Assembly: GCF_006345805.1 (NCBI RefSeq)
Contig: NC_043007.1
Location: 39,184,001-39,248,000 of the forward strand
DNA: 64,000 nt
Reading direction: 5' to 3'
Source: Octopus sinensis
Lineage: Eukaryota
Each line of letters opens with the position of its first letter. The stretch's first letter is position 1. This document shows positions 1-13,380 of the stretch, piece after piece. The notes under the pieces were generated by a model that worked only from the letters and a program-made list of their open reading frames with translations, was not told the DNA's origin and did not search any database. Both the position numbers and the translations under genes were made by a program.

Positions 1-549
1 ATACGCAAACACACGCTCACACCCACACGTACGCACACATCACACCACACAAACATATACACACCCACACATTTCACATACAAACACACCAGAGTTACAT
101 ACCTAGAAACAACATGTTCGCATGAACGCTCGCACACACCTACACACACACACACACACGCTCACATGCACACAAACATACACATACATATAACAAATAT
201 AAACACACACGAACATAGACACATAGAAACAACACACTCGCACACACATACGCATGCACACACACACACAGACACACGCACACAGACACACACACACACA
301 TACACGCACACACACACTCACATGCACACAAACATACACATACATATAACGAATATAAACACACACTAACATAGACACATAGAAACAACACACTCGCACA
401 CACATACGCATGCACACACACACAGACACACGCACACACACACACACCCTCACATGCACACAAACATAGACACATAGAAACAACACACTCGAACACACAC
501 ACACGCACACACGCACACACACACACACTCACACACACACACACACATA

Positions 550-600
<51 letters not shown>
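1..600. repeat. Compound (CA)n microsatellite with higher-order units
   Basis: CA-rich array with recurring tagaaacaaca at ~104, 224, 379, 474. Confidence 0.95.
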
Positions 601-601
<1 letters not shown>

Positions 602-1096
602 AGAAATGGCCATTAAGACAGTCAGTGATTCGTCAACACATGAATGCACAATGATGAAATATGAGTGAGACATTCCAATGTGACGTGAACAACTGAAGGT
701 TGGGTGACATTCTTCTTCTTTCCCTCCCAGCCCATCCCACCACCACCACCACTACAAACCTCCCACCACCACTGCTACCCACTCGACCTATTGCTGTCAC
801 CTGACTCGAGTCGAGCCGCCGACGAGGTAGCCTTTACCTGCTCATTCGAACTGCTAGAAATAGCACCCGAATCTATCTGAAATTACTCTCTGCTGTCTAG
901 AAATAAAAGAAAGAGTATGTTAGGTAATGTAGTCAGCAGGAGTGGCTGTGTGGTAAGAAACTTGCTTCCCAACCACATGGTTCCAGGTTCAGTCCCACTG
1001 CATGGCACCTTGGGCGAGTGTTTTCCATTATAGTCTCGGGCTGACCAATGCCTGGTGAATGGATTTGGTAGACAGAAACTGAAAGATGCCCGTCGT

Positions 1097-1115
1097 GTAT
1101 ACATACATACATATA

Positions 1116-1149
<34 letters not shown>

Positions 1150-1151
1150 CA

Positions 1152-1183
<32 letters not shown>

Positions 1184-1185
1184 CA

Positions 1186-1219
<34 letters not shown>

Positions 1220-1270
1220 CGTACGTACGTACGTACGTACATACATACATACATACATACATACATACAT

Positions 1271-1302
<32 letters not shown>
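1097..1302. repeat. (TACA)n/(TACG)n microsatellite
   Basis: Direct inspection. Confidence 0.98.
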
Positions 1303-1507
1303 GACGAATCTATTCACTTTGGTGAATGGATAAAGCACTTCGTTATAGGTGTTGTTAACATAGTTAAGACTATTGAAAAGGTTGCAAGACGCAACGAAAA
1401 TTTTAGGAAAATAAAAAAAAGAAATAAGTGGAAATTTTACCGGTGAGTCTGTTAAATCATAAAACACAAAAAGAAAATGACTCTCCCCAGACACAACAGA
1501 ACATATA

Positions 1508-1790
1508 TAGGGTTATTCAAAAAGAATGAACCGATTTCATTACGCAATATTTTAATAAGGAAAAGCAGTAAAAATAACTCCAGCTAAGTCACAAGTATTT
1601 ACTCACAGTCAACTTTTATTTCTTGTCTTACAGGGGTTCAATGTGGCCACCACCTGCAGCACGGGCAACATCAATGCGATTGATATACTGGTTGTGAGTA
1701 AATACTTGTGACTTAGCTAGAGTTTTCTATTGCTTTTCCTTATTAAAATATTGCGTAATGAAATCGGTTCATTCTTTCTGAAAAACCCTG
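1508..1790. mobile_element. Tc1/mariner-type MITE with ~100-bp TIRs
   Basis: 1508-1607 is the reverse complement of about 1693-1790; TA-rich left flank. Confidence 0.85.
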
Positions 1791-1961
1791 TGTGTGTGTA
1801 TATATATATATATATATAAGTAGTTAAATGAATTATCCTAGTATGGATAATTCGGTTAACCGATACCCGGGTAGCAAATTCACGTCAGAAAAACACGGTT
1901 GAAGCTACATGCCAAGGGCAGAGATCACGTGCTTTCGTGTGGAAATTTGTGTGTTTATTTC

Positions 1962-2001
<40 letters not shown>

Positions 2002-2220
2002 TATATATATATACGTTGTCTCATCAATAAGTATCCGGACTGTTGCCATACTAACGAAGGTAAAGCACGCAGAGTGAAGTGGCTTGGCAAAGATTGACCT
2101 TGAACTCTGTTGTGCATGCGCACTGAGTTTTAATGTTCTAGCTCACTGTTGCTGTTTACACCAGTGCTTGGAAGGAACGTGTGTACCGTGTGATCGTCAC
2201 GTTTACCAGGACAAAGAAAG

Positions 2221-2612
2221 TTGAGCACAGAATCTGCATCAAATTTTACCAAAAGCTTGGTAATACCTGTTCAGAAGCCTAAGCAAAGTTTTCAAAAAGT
2301 TGTCATCATTTCGGCACAATCAAGGATATCTTGTGCAACTGAAACCCGAGTGTCTTTTTGGTCAGCTGAAAGCAGTTTTGGCACAGACTTGGCAGACACG
2401 CGTCTCATACCCAAATCTTCAAGGATAATTCACTGAACTGAACAATAACTAATCTGCACATCCTCTGATAACTCACAGATGGTGATTCGACGATTTCTCC
2501 TCACAGCTGCGCACATATCTGCGATGTTTTCCGTAGCTCTGCTGGTTGTGAGTCTCCCAGAACGTTCACGAATATTGATATGTTTTCGGCCATCTTGGAA
2601 ACGTCTGAAAAA
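2221..2612. mobile_element. Mariner transposase remnant with internally inverted segments
   Basis: Plus frame EHRICIKFYQKLG; minus frame FRRFQDGR...RSGRLTT...LGMRRVSAKSVPKLLSADQK. Confidence 0.75.
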
Positions 2613-2849
2613 AATCGCTGGCTTGCCTACTCAATTAGTCCTGAGACTCAAGTTTAAGTTTGAGAAACTAGCAGAGTAAACTGCAAATAAACCGACAGAA
2701 GGCATAAAGAAGATGCCGTAAGAAAAAAAAAGACGCAAAACTTTAGACTTGTACATAGAGGTCCATTATCAAGCAACGTCCGTAAAACAAACATGGTACA
2801 TGAAGAAAGAGAGAGAGAGGGATAGATAGATAGATGTATATATATAGAG

Positions 2850-2926
<77 letters not shown>

Positions 2927-3959
2927 CCTATACAGTTTCTACTGGTTTCTCTTTTAATTAGACGTGAGGCCAATATTTTATGTACAGTAGAAGTAATGAA
3001 TTTGTTAATTCTATCTCTGAATGTAAGGCTTCAAGCTAGTACAGTTGTTACTGCACCAGGCAAAACGTTACATTTGTTCCAGTTACTTATGTTCTCAATT
3101 CAAATGCCACTGAGGTCAACATTGCTTTTGATTCTTTCTCCTTTCGGAGTCGATAAAGCAAGTACCAACTTGAACATTGACCATTGGGGTTCGATGTAGA
3201 CGACTTGCCCCATTCCTCAAAATTACTGGCCTTGTATCAAAATTTGAAAGATTTTATCACCTCCACTCTAATATATTACTCGTCAAAGACTAGTTTATTG
3301 TATATATGATAACGAAGCCAACATGTTAATCACATAACCAAGGCTACGACGGCAAATTAAATAAATAAAATACATAAATATATATAATATATATAGGTTA
3401 AAATGAAAAGAAAAACAAACTCGTACATAAAAGAACGAAATTTTGTTACTGTGGATGAAAGCCTGACCAGAAATCACAATGGTTCGAACTAAAGGAACGT
3501 GTTTTTTGTATAGTTTTTATGTGTTATGTAAAAAGGTTTTATAGGTATTTCGTAATTCTTGTTTGACAGCTCGTTGCAAAAAACAAAACAAAACAAGAAG
3601 AAAAAAAATATCAAATGCTTAAAAGGAAAGAATACAAGACTAAGAGAATAAAGAAGTGGAGAGAGTAAAAGGATGAAGAAGGGTAAGAGGAATAGTAGAA
3701 AAATAAAAGGACGTTGACCAAGAGGAAATGGAGGAGGAGGAGGGGGAGGAGAGGAGGAAAAGGGGTGGTGGTGGGGAAGTGGCAGAAAACAGAAGACCAT
3801 GACAGAAGAACAAAAAAATGTTCTTGTAAATTTCCAAGACACAAAGTGGTGGTGGTAGTGGTGGTAGTGGTGGTTATGGAGGTGGTGGTGATGGTGGTTG
3901 TGGCAGTGGTGGTGGTGATGATGGTGGAGTATGGGGAGAGGGGGCAAGGGGCAACTATT

Positions 3960-5422
3960 CAATAACGATCTGTTGTCGCTGTTGTTGCGTCGCTTCTGGT
4001 TTGGTTCTCACTAATTGGCTCTGTTGAACCAGACCTACCACCACACACAATCCAACGAAAGAGTAATCCTCTAAGTGGTTGCTCAGCTTGCTAAAAATAG
4101 CAGCCACATTTATCCTCGGATCATAAAAGAAAAGCAAATAACAACAACAATAACAATGACAACAATAACAAAAAAACGAACAAATGAAATGGTCGATTTA
4201 AATCTGGATAAGCAAAAAAGTAAAAATACCCAAATACTCTGGATGAATGTAGCTGGAATAGCTGTGAGCAAAGATCAGATATATCAAAACTGCTTTGGGC
4301 CAATACAGCAACAACAGGCCATAACAACCAATCGAAGACTTAGTATCAACTCACACAGAACCAACACAGAACCAACACATTATCCCATCCCCAAATTGTA
4401 GATATTAGAGGTTCGGCTTTATAGCCGGAAAAAATTTGGCGAGGCGGAACAAAACTGCCTAAACCTCCGTGCAAAAAGTGATGTTAGCAAATTGACTGTC
4501 TAACCACTAGAACGCGTCCCTTTCACATGAAACAATAACGGACGATCCTATCCGATCAGGTGATAGGGCAAGGCGCGGTAGTAAAAAAAAAAACATAACG
4601 GAGGTAGTGTAGGTATTTGCCACCTTTTCTTGCACTTTCAGGGACAGCCTCTTCTCGGTTTATATTTGGTTAGGATTTGCTTCGTCTCAGTTCCGATCCC
4701 ATATAGGGATCGGAACCGAACCAGACCCCGAGCACTTTAACCAGTCCGTCAGTGCAGCGTTCCACGACGCCAGTCCGACGGCATGGGCCTGTCTTTCCAG
4801 GTGCCCAGTTCAAAGTTCACCGATTTATCTACGTCGACTTTAGTGCCTTCCACCGACTCGTATGTCCTTGAAATGATGTTGACTGTCCATTTTCGATGGC
4901 GTCCGACGCCATGATGGTGATGTCGTCTGCATCGTCTGCGTCGTCTGCGTATGCCGACACAGCCCTCCTGGCTCATTTCGAAAGAGATCCTGCTCAACTG
5001 TTCCAACTTCATCAGCAGTGGCCTCGAGAACCTCCGCAAGCAAGAAGTTCTGATGGACCTAACGTGGGATGCGAAAAGGTTCTAAGAAGTGGCCGTTTAC
5101 TTTGACCACGCATTTATTATTCTTCCTACATTCGTTACATTTTTCTATAAAATCAACTTTTTATATATATATATTCTCTAACAGAACAAAATAATCATAT
5201 AAATAAAGAAAATATCTTGGCTTCCAAGTAATGATGGCCAACCCTATCGAAAGCTTTCAGCTGATCCAAATTGATCAGAGCCCCACCTAAGCCAACTTTG
5301 GTCCTAGCCATCTCTATGACGTATCGCATAAGGTGGAGGTTGTAGTGGATGGTGTTCGAGATCACACGTATTTGCTCTTCTCTGATCAGACCGTCGACAA
5401 GTGTCATCCTTTTTGCTAACAC
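3960..5422 (-). mobile_element. Fragmented Tx1/L1-clade LINE (ORF1, endonuclease and RT pieces)
   Basis: ORF 5195..5422 GALINLDQLKAFDRVGHHYL matches the Tx1-type DQxKAFDRVxHxYL RT motif; adjacent GC-richer decayed coding-like DNA. Confidence 0.65.
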
Positions 5423-5593
5423 TTTTTCAAAATCTTAAACTCTGTGATTAGCAGAGTTATAGGCCGAAAATTGCTTACCACGTCACTTTGTTACGGTCCT
5501 TTTTCAGCAGTTTTGCCGAACTGCTAAGTTTCGGGGCGTAAACAACCCAACACCGGTTGTCAAGCGATGGTGGCGGGACAAGCACAGACACAC

Positions 5594-5656
<63 letters not shown>

Positions 5657-6006
5657 ACGGACTTCTTTCAGTTTCCTTCTACCAAATCCACTCACAAGGC
5701 CTTTGGTTGGCCTGAGGCTATAGTAGAAGACACTCGCCCAAGGTGCCATGCGGTGGGACTGAACCCGGAACCATGTGGCTGGTTAGCAAGTTAACTTACC
5801 ACACAACTACTCCTGCGCCTATAGTGGAAGATTTGAGAATCACTGGTGTAAGCAGTGGTGATACATGCTAGAAATAACAGCTAAACCACTTTCGGTTTCA
5901 CCCCCATCCAGCATCACCTGTTTTGAAGTTGAAATGGCTTTTTGAATTGTGCAGTCTTTAGATATTCGAAATCTGAAGGTGGTGGTAGGAGTGATGGAAT
6001 AGTTAT

Positions 6007-6115
6007 GCAACAACAACAACAACAACAACAACTACTACTACTACTACTACTACCACCGCTGCTGCTGTTACTACTACTACTACTACTACTACTACCACTG
6101 CTGCTACTGCTGCTG

Positions 6116-6161
<46 letters not shown>

Positions 6162-6173
6162 AACTACCACCGC

Positions 6174-6204
<31 letters not shown>

Positions 6205-6241
6205 ACTACTACTACTACTACTACTACTGCTACTACCACTG

Positions 6242-6287
<46 letters not shown>

Positions 6288-6350
6288 CACTACTACCACC
6301 GCTGCTGCTGCTACTACTACTACTACTACTACTGCTACTACCAACAGCAA
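6007..6350. repeat. (CAA)/(CTA)/(CTG)n trinucleotide array
   Basis: Direct inspection; the source of the poly-S/L/V ORFs. Confidence 0.98.
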
Positions 6351-6573
6351 CAGTTGTCTTATAGGACAGAGCTAACAATGTCAGTCTTTGTTCCAGGATT
6401 TCTGTCCTCTTTTTGTTAATAGTATTGCATCAAGGACACACACACACACAAGCAAACAAAGAGACATGTTTTTACATTAATATACAAAATCTCTACATGC
6501 ACACAGTCGCATAAAACATTAATTCATATATTTCCGCTCGCTCAGATACAGAGATACACAATACACACATATA

Positions 6574-6988
6574 TATTTCTTTACTACCCACAAGGGGCTA
6601 AACACAGACGGGACAAACAAGGACAGACAAACGGATTAAGTCGATTACATCGACCCCAGTGAACTGGTACTTAATTTATCGACCCCGAAAGGATGAAAGG
6701 CAAAGTCGACCTCGGCGGAATTTGAACTCAGAACGTAGCGGCAGACAAAATACCTATTTCTTTATTACCCACAAGGGGCTGAACATAGAGGGGACAAACA
6801 TGGACAGACATAGGTATTAAGTCGATTATATCGACCCCAGTGCTTAACTGGTACTTAATTTATCGACCCCGAAAGGATGAAAGGCAAAGTCGACCTCGGC
6901 GGAATTTGAACTCACAACGTAACGGCAGACAAAATACCGCTAAGCATTTCGCCCGGCATGCTAATGTTTCTGCCAGCTCGCCGCCTTA
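6574..6988 (-). mobile_element. tRNA-derived SINE family B (partial tandem dimer)
   Basis: Head ggcggcgagctggcaga...gagttcaaattcc; related copies at 7588-7800, 11474-11690 (TSD ccttccagtg), 32700-33410, 35385-35510, 37838-38062, 42371-42771, 58005-58430. Confidence 0.9.
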
Positions 6989-7384
6989 TTCTGCCAGCTC
7001 GCCGCCAATACACACATATAGTCTCACACACACGCCCGCACACGTCCGCGTGCGTGCGAACCATTCTGTCTCTTAACCGGTCATTCACATTCATATACAC
7101 GGGTATCCGTAGAGACATATTTGGAAGCTGCTCTTCAGTTCATTGTGTAAAGCGTGTGCTGTGGGACAAGAAGAAAGTTAATGAACAACTTGAAATGTTA
7201 TTTGTTTAAACACTTCGTTATGTATGTAGTATTTAAATTAAACGTGAATTTTTCTCGCAACTTTGTGTGTACGCACATACACACACGCAAACACACACAT
7301 ATGAACGTACATCCGAAAAAAGTTATACGTGGAGGTTAATAAACACCTTTACAATTTCGCTTCTCAAAAAGATTTAATTGCCAT

Positions 7385-7569
7385 TGGATGCATTGGGAAC
7401 AAACTCTGTTGCAAACACACGATTGGACAGTTAAAACCTGCAACTAATTTGGTCAACAACCGGGTCATGTAACTGGATGCATTGGGAACAAACTCTGTTG
7501 CAAACACACGATTGGACAGTTAAAACCTGCAACTAATTTGGCCAACAACCGGGTCATGTAACTCGATGC
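7385..7569. repeat. 89-bp tandem duplication
   Basis: tggatgcattgggaac...gtcatgtaac at 7385 and 7474. Confidence 0.9.
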
Positions 7570-8199
7570 TAAGAAAAGCTTTGGTGAGCCGAGCTGGCAG
7601 AAGCGTTAGCACGCCGGGGGAAATGTTTAGCGGTATTTCATCTGTCTTTACGTTCTGCGTTCAAATTCTGTCGAGGTCAACTTTGCCTTTCATCCTTTCG
7701 GAGATCGATAAATTAAGTACCAGTTGCGTACTGGGGTCGATCTAATCGACTGGCCCTCTCCCCCAAAATTTCGGGCCTTGTGCTTAGAGTAGAAAAGAAT
7801 ATTCAATATTTAAGGTTAAGCAGCCATATTGACAAGATGTCTAATATTACAATAAAATGAAAGTGGTAAACAGTTTTTCTACAGATGATTTCTTTAGCCC
7901 GTTTCCATAAGCCAGATTGGATTGCGTGCTGAAAGCAATAGTTGAACGATTAATAGAATATATAATATAACAAATCTGGTGCTATAGATAAGGGTAGTTC
8001 TAGCTTTCATTAGATATTGCTGTACAATTTTTTGTAAAATATATGGAATAGTGCTATCTAATAGCTTAAAATTATTTGACAGAAAGCTGCATTGAAAGTA
8101 GCAACATTTAAGTTTGTTATAGCGGATAATATCAAAATCACATCTGGAAACGGTGGACTTTTGGTGTGCAATTCAGTAAGATCAGCAGATCTTTACAGC

Positions 8200-8894
8200 T
8201 TGACTGCCAATTTTCGAAAATTCAGAGTGTATTGAAAATTTTAAAATTTGGTACATTAATGTAGTTTTCCAAGCTGAATCTTAGGCAATATTTCACTTTT
8301 ACCAGAATTTTTTTTTTAAGAAAGCTATAGAGGTTTTAAAGTTTGATAATTTTCACTTAGTCAGGAGACAGGATTTAGAAGCTATCATTTTGTGCGCGAC
8401 ATGTTTTAATATGAAACTGTAAATAAATCAACTTCTGCTTTACACACGACATATGACCCCTCATAACTTTTTTATTTTTTGGAATTTTCTGAAAATGTTT
8501 GCCAATTTGTATTCTACACTCGAGAGTTCATACAATTATGCCACCCCACCTCACCGAATTTAAGACTTATTTGGCTGTTATTTTTAGCACATTTTAGCAG
8601 CAGAACACAGCATCGACGCACATGCTTTCGCGTAGAATATATTTGTCAACACGTGCTATCTCGCAGACAAAAGAGTTCTCATGTTTGACTTGTTATTATG
8701 GAAACAGACATGAATGTGTCTGGCTTACAATTGACTAAAATTACCCCAAATTTTCAAACTTTAAAAGCTAATAACACTTTATTTTTGATTTATTGCGAAA
8801 ATGAATTCCAAAGCAGTGATTAGCATATAAAACCATATCATTACACTGAGATCAATTCTAGCAGGAATTGAAGAGTTTGGAAACTGGCAGTCAA
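8200..8894. mobile_element. ~695-bp non-autonomous DNA transposon with terminal inverted repeats, inserted in the PLE region
   Basis: TTGACTGCCAATTTTC at 8200 versus GAAACTGGCAGTCAA ending at 8894. Confidence 0.55.
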
Positions 8895-9480
8895 ACATAA
8901 AAGATCCGGACCAGCAACCTTGATATTAGAATCACCATGAATAAGGGAAAGCCACTGTTATATTTTGACGAATGCTACTAGATCAAAAGAAGAAGGATTT
9001 GCTGTTCGATGTCTCTGTGGGAGGCTATGACAAAGCTGGGATCACAGACCAGGTTGGATTATCTATCCTTGGCACGTTCAAGAAACGCACACAAGCTCAT
9101 AGCTCCGGCTTGTAAAGAGACGATGGCCTGGCAATTTCAAACAATGTATGCGACCTTACTTATATAAAACCTAATATAAATTTTTAAGGAATTTTGGACA
9201 TTAATTTAGCCCTCAAGCTGGCAAGTATTACTCTAGCAAAATGCTTAACGAGCAGCAAATTGTACTTACGTAGAAATTCCAACCATCTTCCAAGTTCTAA
9301 TTAGAAGTTAGACGGAATTAGAATTTCCAACTGAGATTCATACAGAAATATCTTCTATATAACTGAATCCATTTATGATGCAGCATTAGCGATGAGTATT
9401 TAACAGTTTAGTTTGCACAAAGGATCCTTGACCACCACCACTTCCGAACAGAGTTAAGAAATATTGTCTTGGTTTACTCC
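8895..9480 (+). mobile_element. Penelope-like element RT remnant (pseudogenised)
   Basis: Frame from 9005 reads FDVSVGGYDKAGITDQVGLSIL...GL*RDDGLAIS (PLE FDVTMGSYDGAE...GLYRDDGL); frameshifted NIVWFTP near 9440 (PLE NIIWFNPP). Confidence 0.75.
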
Positions 9481-9699
9481 TCTTTTGCAGATTGCTCTCC
9501 TGTTATCCGATGTCTTGTCATTTATATCTCATGACTGCGTAATAGTTATGTCAGTGTGTTCGTTAAGTGATCGCAATGATATTTCAATGTGGTCGGGCGA
9601 TAGTTTTTGGGTAGGGTATACGAAGTATCACGCAAGAAAGCAAAGGAAGTTGTATGCGTATATATATAGCAGATAGTATCGGGAAATGTAGGGCTGCCT

Positions 9700-12600
9700 T
9701 AGTGTTACGCCCAGACCCGCTCGTTTTTCGTGGCTGATATGAAGATGTAAGGTCATGAAAATTTTATGTAGCACGTATTATAATGCATTCGTTTTGTCTT
9801 ATGTACAATTCAACAAACATTACGTAATGTGACGTGCAAAATATAAAATATATAAATCATAAGAAACAAAATGTAAAATATGCGGTTTCTATTCTTCATG
9901 TGCTTGTAGTGCCCAAGGATGCTATATCAGGTGGTTTGTACCATCGCGTCAAAATACTTGTATGTTACCCCTGTAAATCTGTCGACGTTATTCTATTGCC
10001 CAGAGTAATGAATAATCAATGCATAATAAAGTTTTACTCCAGTTTTTCAATTCTGGTTATAACAGTGAGAATTATTTGGAGCTTTGTGCATTTGAATTCG
10101 CCTCAGTTAGTGCTGTAGCGTTACAATATTATACAGGATGTTTTAATGTATAGTTGTTAGGGTGAGGGTCAGGGGGTAGTGTTGTTGGATGGTTTATGAG
10201 GTCATAGCGGTAAATGTAGTGCGGTTGCGTGCTTGATTCCTTATTGTATTCTTATATTGGTGAGTGATAGGTGAGGTAAAAGATACTGGTTAGTCGAGTT
10301 GAATTTGTGTTCGGTTGGTTCTGAAATGTGCTTGAAGTTTTGTCATTTAAAGTGTTTCACATGTGAACAAAGAAATTAATATTTCGTTCCTTATGTTGAA
10401 TGCATTTACTGGCGAGGTCAATATATTTAACTTCTCTGCTAAACAGAGGTTGCAACTGAAGTGTCGTCCACTATAGTTATTGGTTTTAGCAACTCTGTGA
10501 GTGAATTGTCCATCCCATCCATCCTTTAAATTCCATACAAACTTGGATAGTGACGCAGAATTATGCTTGTTTCTATTTCTGAATGGATCTATCAGTTGTG
10601 AGAATCTTTCCTTGAATGTATTTCCTCCGTGATCCCAATATAGATCTTTATTGCACCATTTACATCAGGGGTGGGGAAACCCCCGCCTGCGGGCGCAGTT
10701 GCACCCGCGAGCACATTTTATTGCACCTGCAGGCTGGTATACTCGTATATACAAAATATAGTCAATTTTTCAATTATAAAATTTATACAATACTCGTATG
10801 CCTCTTTGTAACATAGGTCGCTTTTCCACTACGACTTAAAACTCGAACAGAAAATCGTCCGGCAATTACCATTTGAATGGAAATTTTGTTCTCACTATAA
10901 AACATATATTGCTAGGTTTGTACCACCTCCTTGAGATCCAACTACACTCTAGCTGAAAAATATACAATACTTCATAAGTAATATAAACGTCCTAAATTCA
11001 GCGGCGACGTTAACGAAGATGTTACATGTTAATTTAATGTGTTAAACTCATCTTTATTAACGTATATCGAATTATACATAGATATATACAAAATTTACAC
11101 AGATATGAGATAGAACTTGTAATCCACCCGCGGACCATTTTTCTTTTTCTTTTTTTTTTTTGAAATTTTGCCCGCCGCACTAAAATGTTTCTCCACCCCC
11201 GACTTACATCAAAGATGTAATCTCTGCATACCTGTTCTTTTTCAAGGCATTTATTGTCCAGACAAAGTTTTCGTAGTGATATAGCTATTGTAGGTTATTG
11301 CATAAGATAAATTTTTGATGTGGCTGAAGATTTGTGAACTTATGTTTGTGCGTTGTCACGTTGATGCTATATAGTGGATAACACTTGAGGTCTTTCTGCG
11401 CTTGTATGTTTTGCTTTGGCTGCAGCTCAATAGAATGTTGTCTCATCTGAGGATGCGCCTTCCAGTGCTTCTTATTTCTTTATTGCCCACAAGGGGCTAA
11501 ACATAGAGAGGAGAAACAGGGTCAGACAAAGGGATTAAGTCGATTACATCGACCCCAGTGTGTAACTGTACTTAATTTATCGACCCCGAAAGGATGAAAG
11601 GGAAAGTCGGCCTCGGCGGAATTTGAACTCAGAAGTAACGGCAGACAAAATACCGCTAAGAATTTCGCCCGGCGTGCTAACGTTTCTGCCTTCCAGTGAT
11701 ATTTGTAATTTGCCTAATTGTGGATGAGTATTTTGAGCTTTTATTGATGTATTTTCCTAGTTTGGTTTATGGAAGGGGCGGTATTTACAAGTGCTAAGCT
11801 TCAGGTTAATCTCTAAATAATTGACTATTTTGAAATTGGCTTTGATTATGAATTTTAGATCGTGTGAATGTCCTAACTTGTTTTTATCTTAATATCCATG
11901 TTGTGTCCATTTTTGTATCACCCCTTATTCGCCAATCTCTGTTTAATCTCATATTGGCCTCATTATGTCGTTGCTGAGCTTATTCAAGATAACGGACAAA
12001 CTAGGTGTCGTTATCACTCCGCAGGTCTACATCTCGATGTGGAAGAGTTCATCGCCGTTCCTTTTCACCCTATAGCAGCTTCCGTTAATAAGTAAAATTT
12101 TTCTAGCCTTCGTGATAATATTAATTTCAGAATCGGTGACTTTGATGTATAACTTACTGAACTTGAGGACCTGGAGCAAAAGATCTTTTGAGATTGCCAG
12201 ATGAAAATCAATAATATCAAACACTTGGATTAGTTGTTGATAGAGTTATACTAGTCATAAGTGGGACTGCTACACGTCCATGGAGTAAAGTTTGAGGTTA
12301 CTCTGATATCTCTTTTACTTGTTTCAGTCATTTGACTGTGGCCATGCTTGAGCACCGCCTTTAATCGAGCAAATCGACCCCAGGACTTATTCTTTGTAAG
12401 CTTAGTTCTTATTCTATCGGTCTCTTTTGCCGAACAGCTAAGTTACAGGGACATAAACACACCAGCATCAGTTGTCAAGCGATGTTGAGGGGACAAACAT
12501 ATATACGACGGGCTTCTTTCAGTTTCAGTCTACCAAATCCACTCACAAGGCTTTGGTCGGCCCGAGGCTATAGTAGAAGACACTTGCCCAAGGTGTCACG

Positions 12601-13380
12601 CAGTGGGATTGAATCCGGAACCATGTGGTTGGTAAGTAAGCTACTTACCACACAGCCACTCCTACGCCGATGGAATAATTTTATCTAATATCGATTTGCT
12701 AATAATATTTGCTTCGTTTTTAGAAATACTGATTAGTCTGCTATTAAGCTTATGGTTGAAATTAACCTTGTGGTCTTTCAGGGTCACGTATGGTCACCGT
12801 GGATTGTGTGTTTCTGCTCGATCGTTTGGTGGTTAGATCTTTTGCTGCCACATTAATATCGTAATACGTCTTATACGGTCAAAACTTTATTTTTTAGTAA
12901 TGTTGTCTATTAATTTGTGTGTGTCTATCTATTCCACGTAAGATTTTCAGTTTTATCGGCTTTACTGAATATATTTAAGGAGTATTTGACGGGTTCTAGA
13001 AAGTTTCGTAGTCCATGCTGCAAGTTTTTGTTTTTGTAATTAAACTTGAAGTTTTCAACTTATCTAATTAAGACCTCTTCGAATTTATATAGTTCTTTCA
13101 TATATGAGGTATACACGAAAGATCTGAAACCGAAAGTGTTCTCTGTAGATAGACTAGACATTTCTTTGTCGAAGAAAAACGCTTTGTTTCCTTCCCTGCT
13201 GCACTCCAGATAGTTGTTGGGAGGGACACAGCAGTTTTTCTTATCAGATAATAAGGTGTGGCAGAAATTATCGTTTTGATGTTTACAGATAAAATGAATC
13301 GTTTGATAGACTGAATAAGCTGGCAAGAATACACAGGTAAATTGTTAAATAACACTTTAATTGGAGCCAAGGAATACATT
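9700..13380 (-). mobile_element. Opposite-strand Penelope-like element remnant (N-terminal region, RT, degraded C-terminal/GIY-YIG part), interrupted by a hAT MITE and SINEs
   Basis: ORF 12027..12224 FDIIDFHLAISKDLL...IITKARKILL (PLE FDIxxFYPSI...ARKSLL); ORF 13060..13326 ENTFGFRS; boundaries approximate. Confidence 0.65.
10666..11201. mobile_element. hAT (Charlie-like) MITE, 536 bp
   Basis: CAGGGGTGGGGAAAC / GTTTCTCCACCCCCG ends; 8-bp TSD atttacat/acttacat. Confidence 0.85.

Noticed and set aside
103-1333. Long ORFs (VCVC, HTHT, YIHT, MYVC) and similar ones throughout the track
   Set aside because: They are translations of CA/TACA/TA/AAT microsatellites that lack stop codons; there are no splice or homology signals.
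5914-6378. Poly-Ser/Leu/Val ORFs
   Set aside because: Trinucleotide array open in several frames on both strands.
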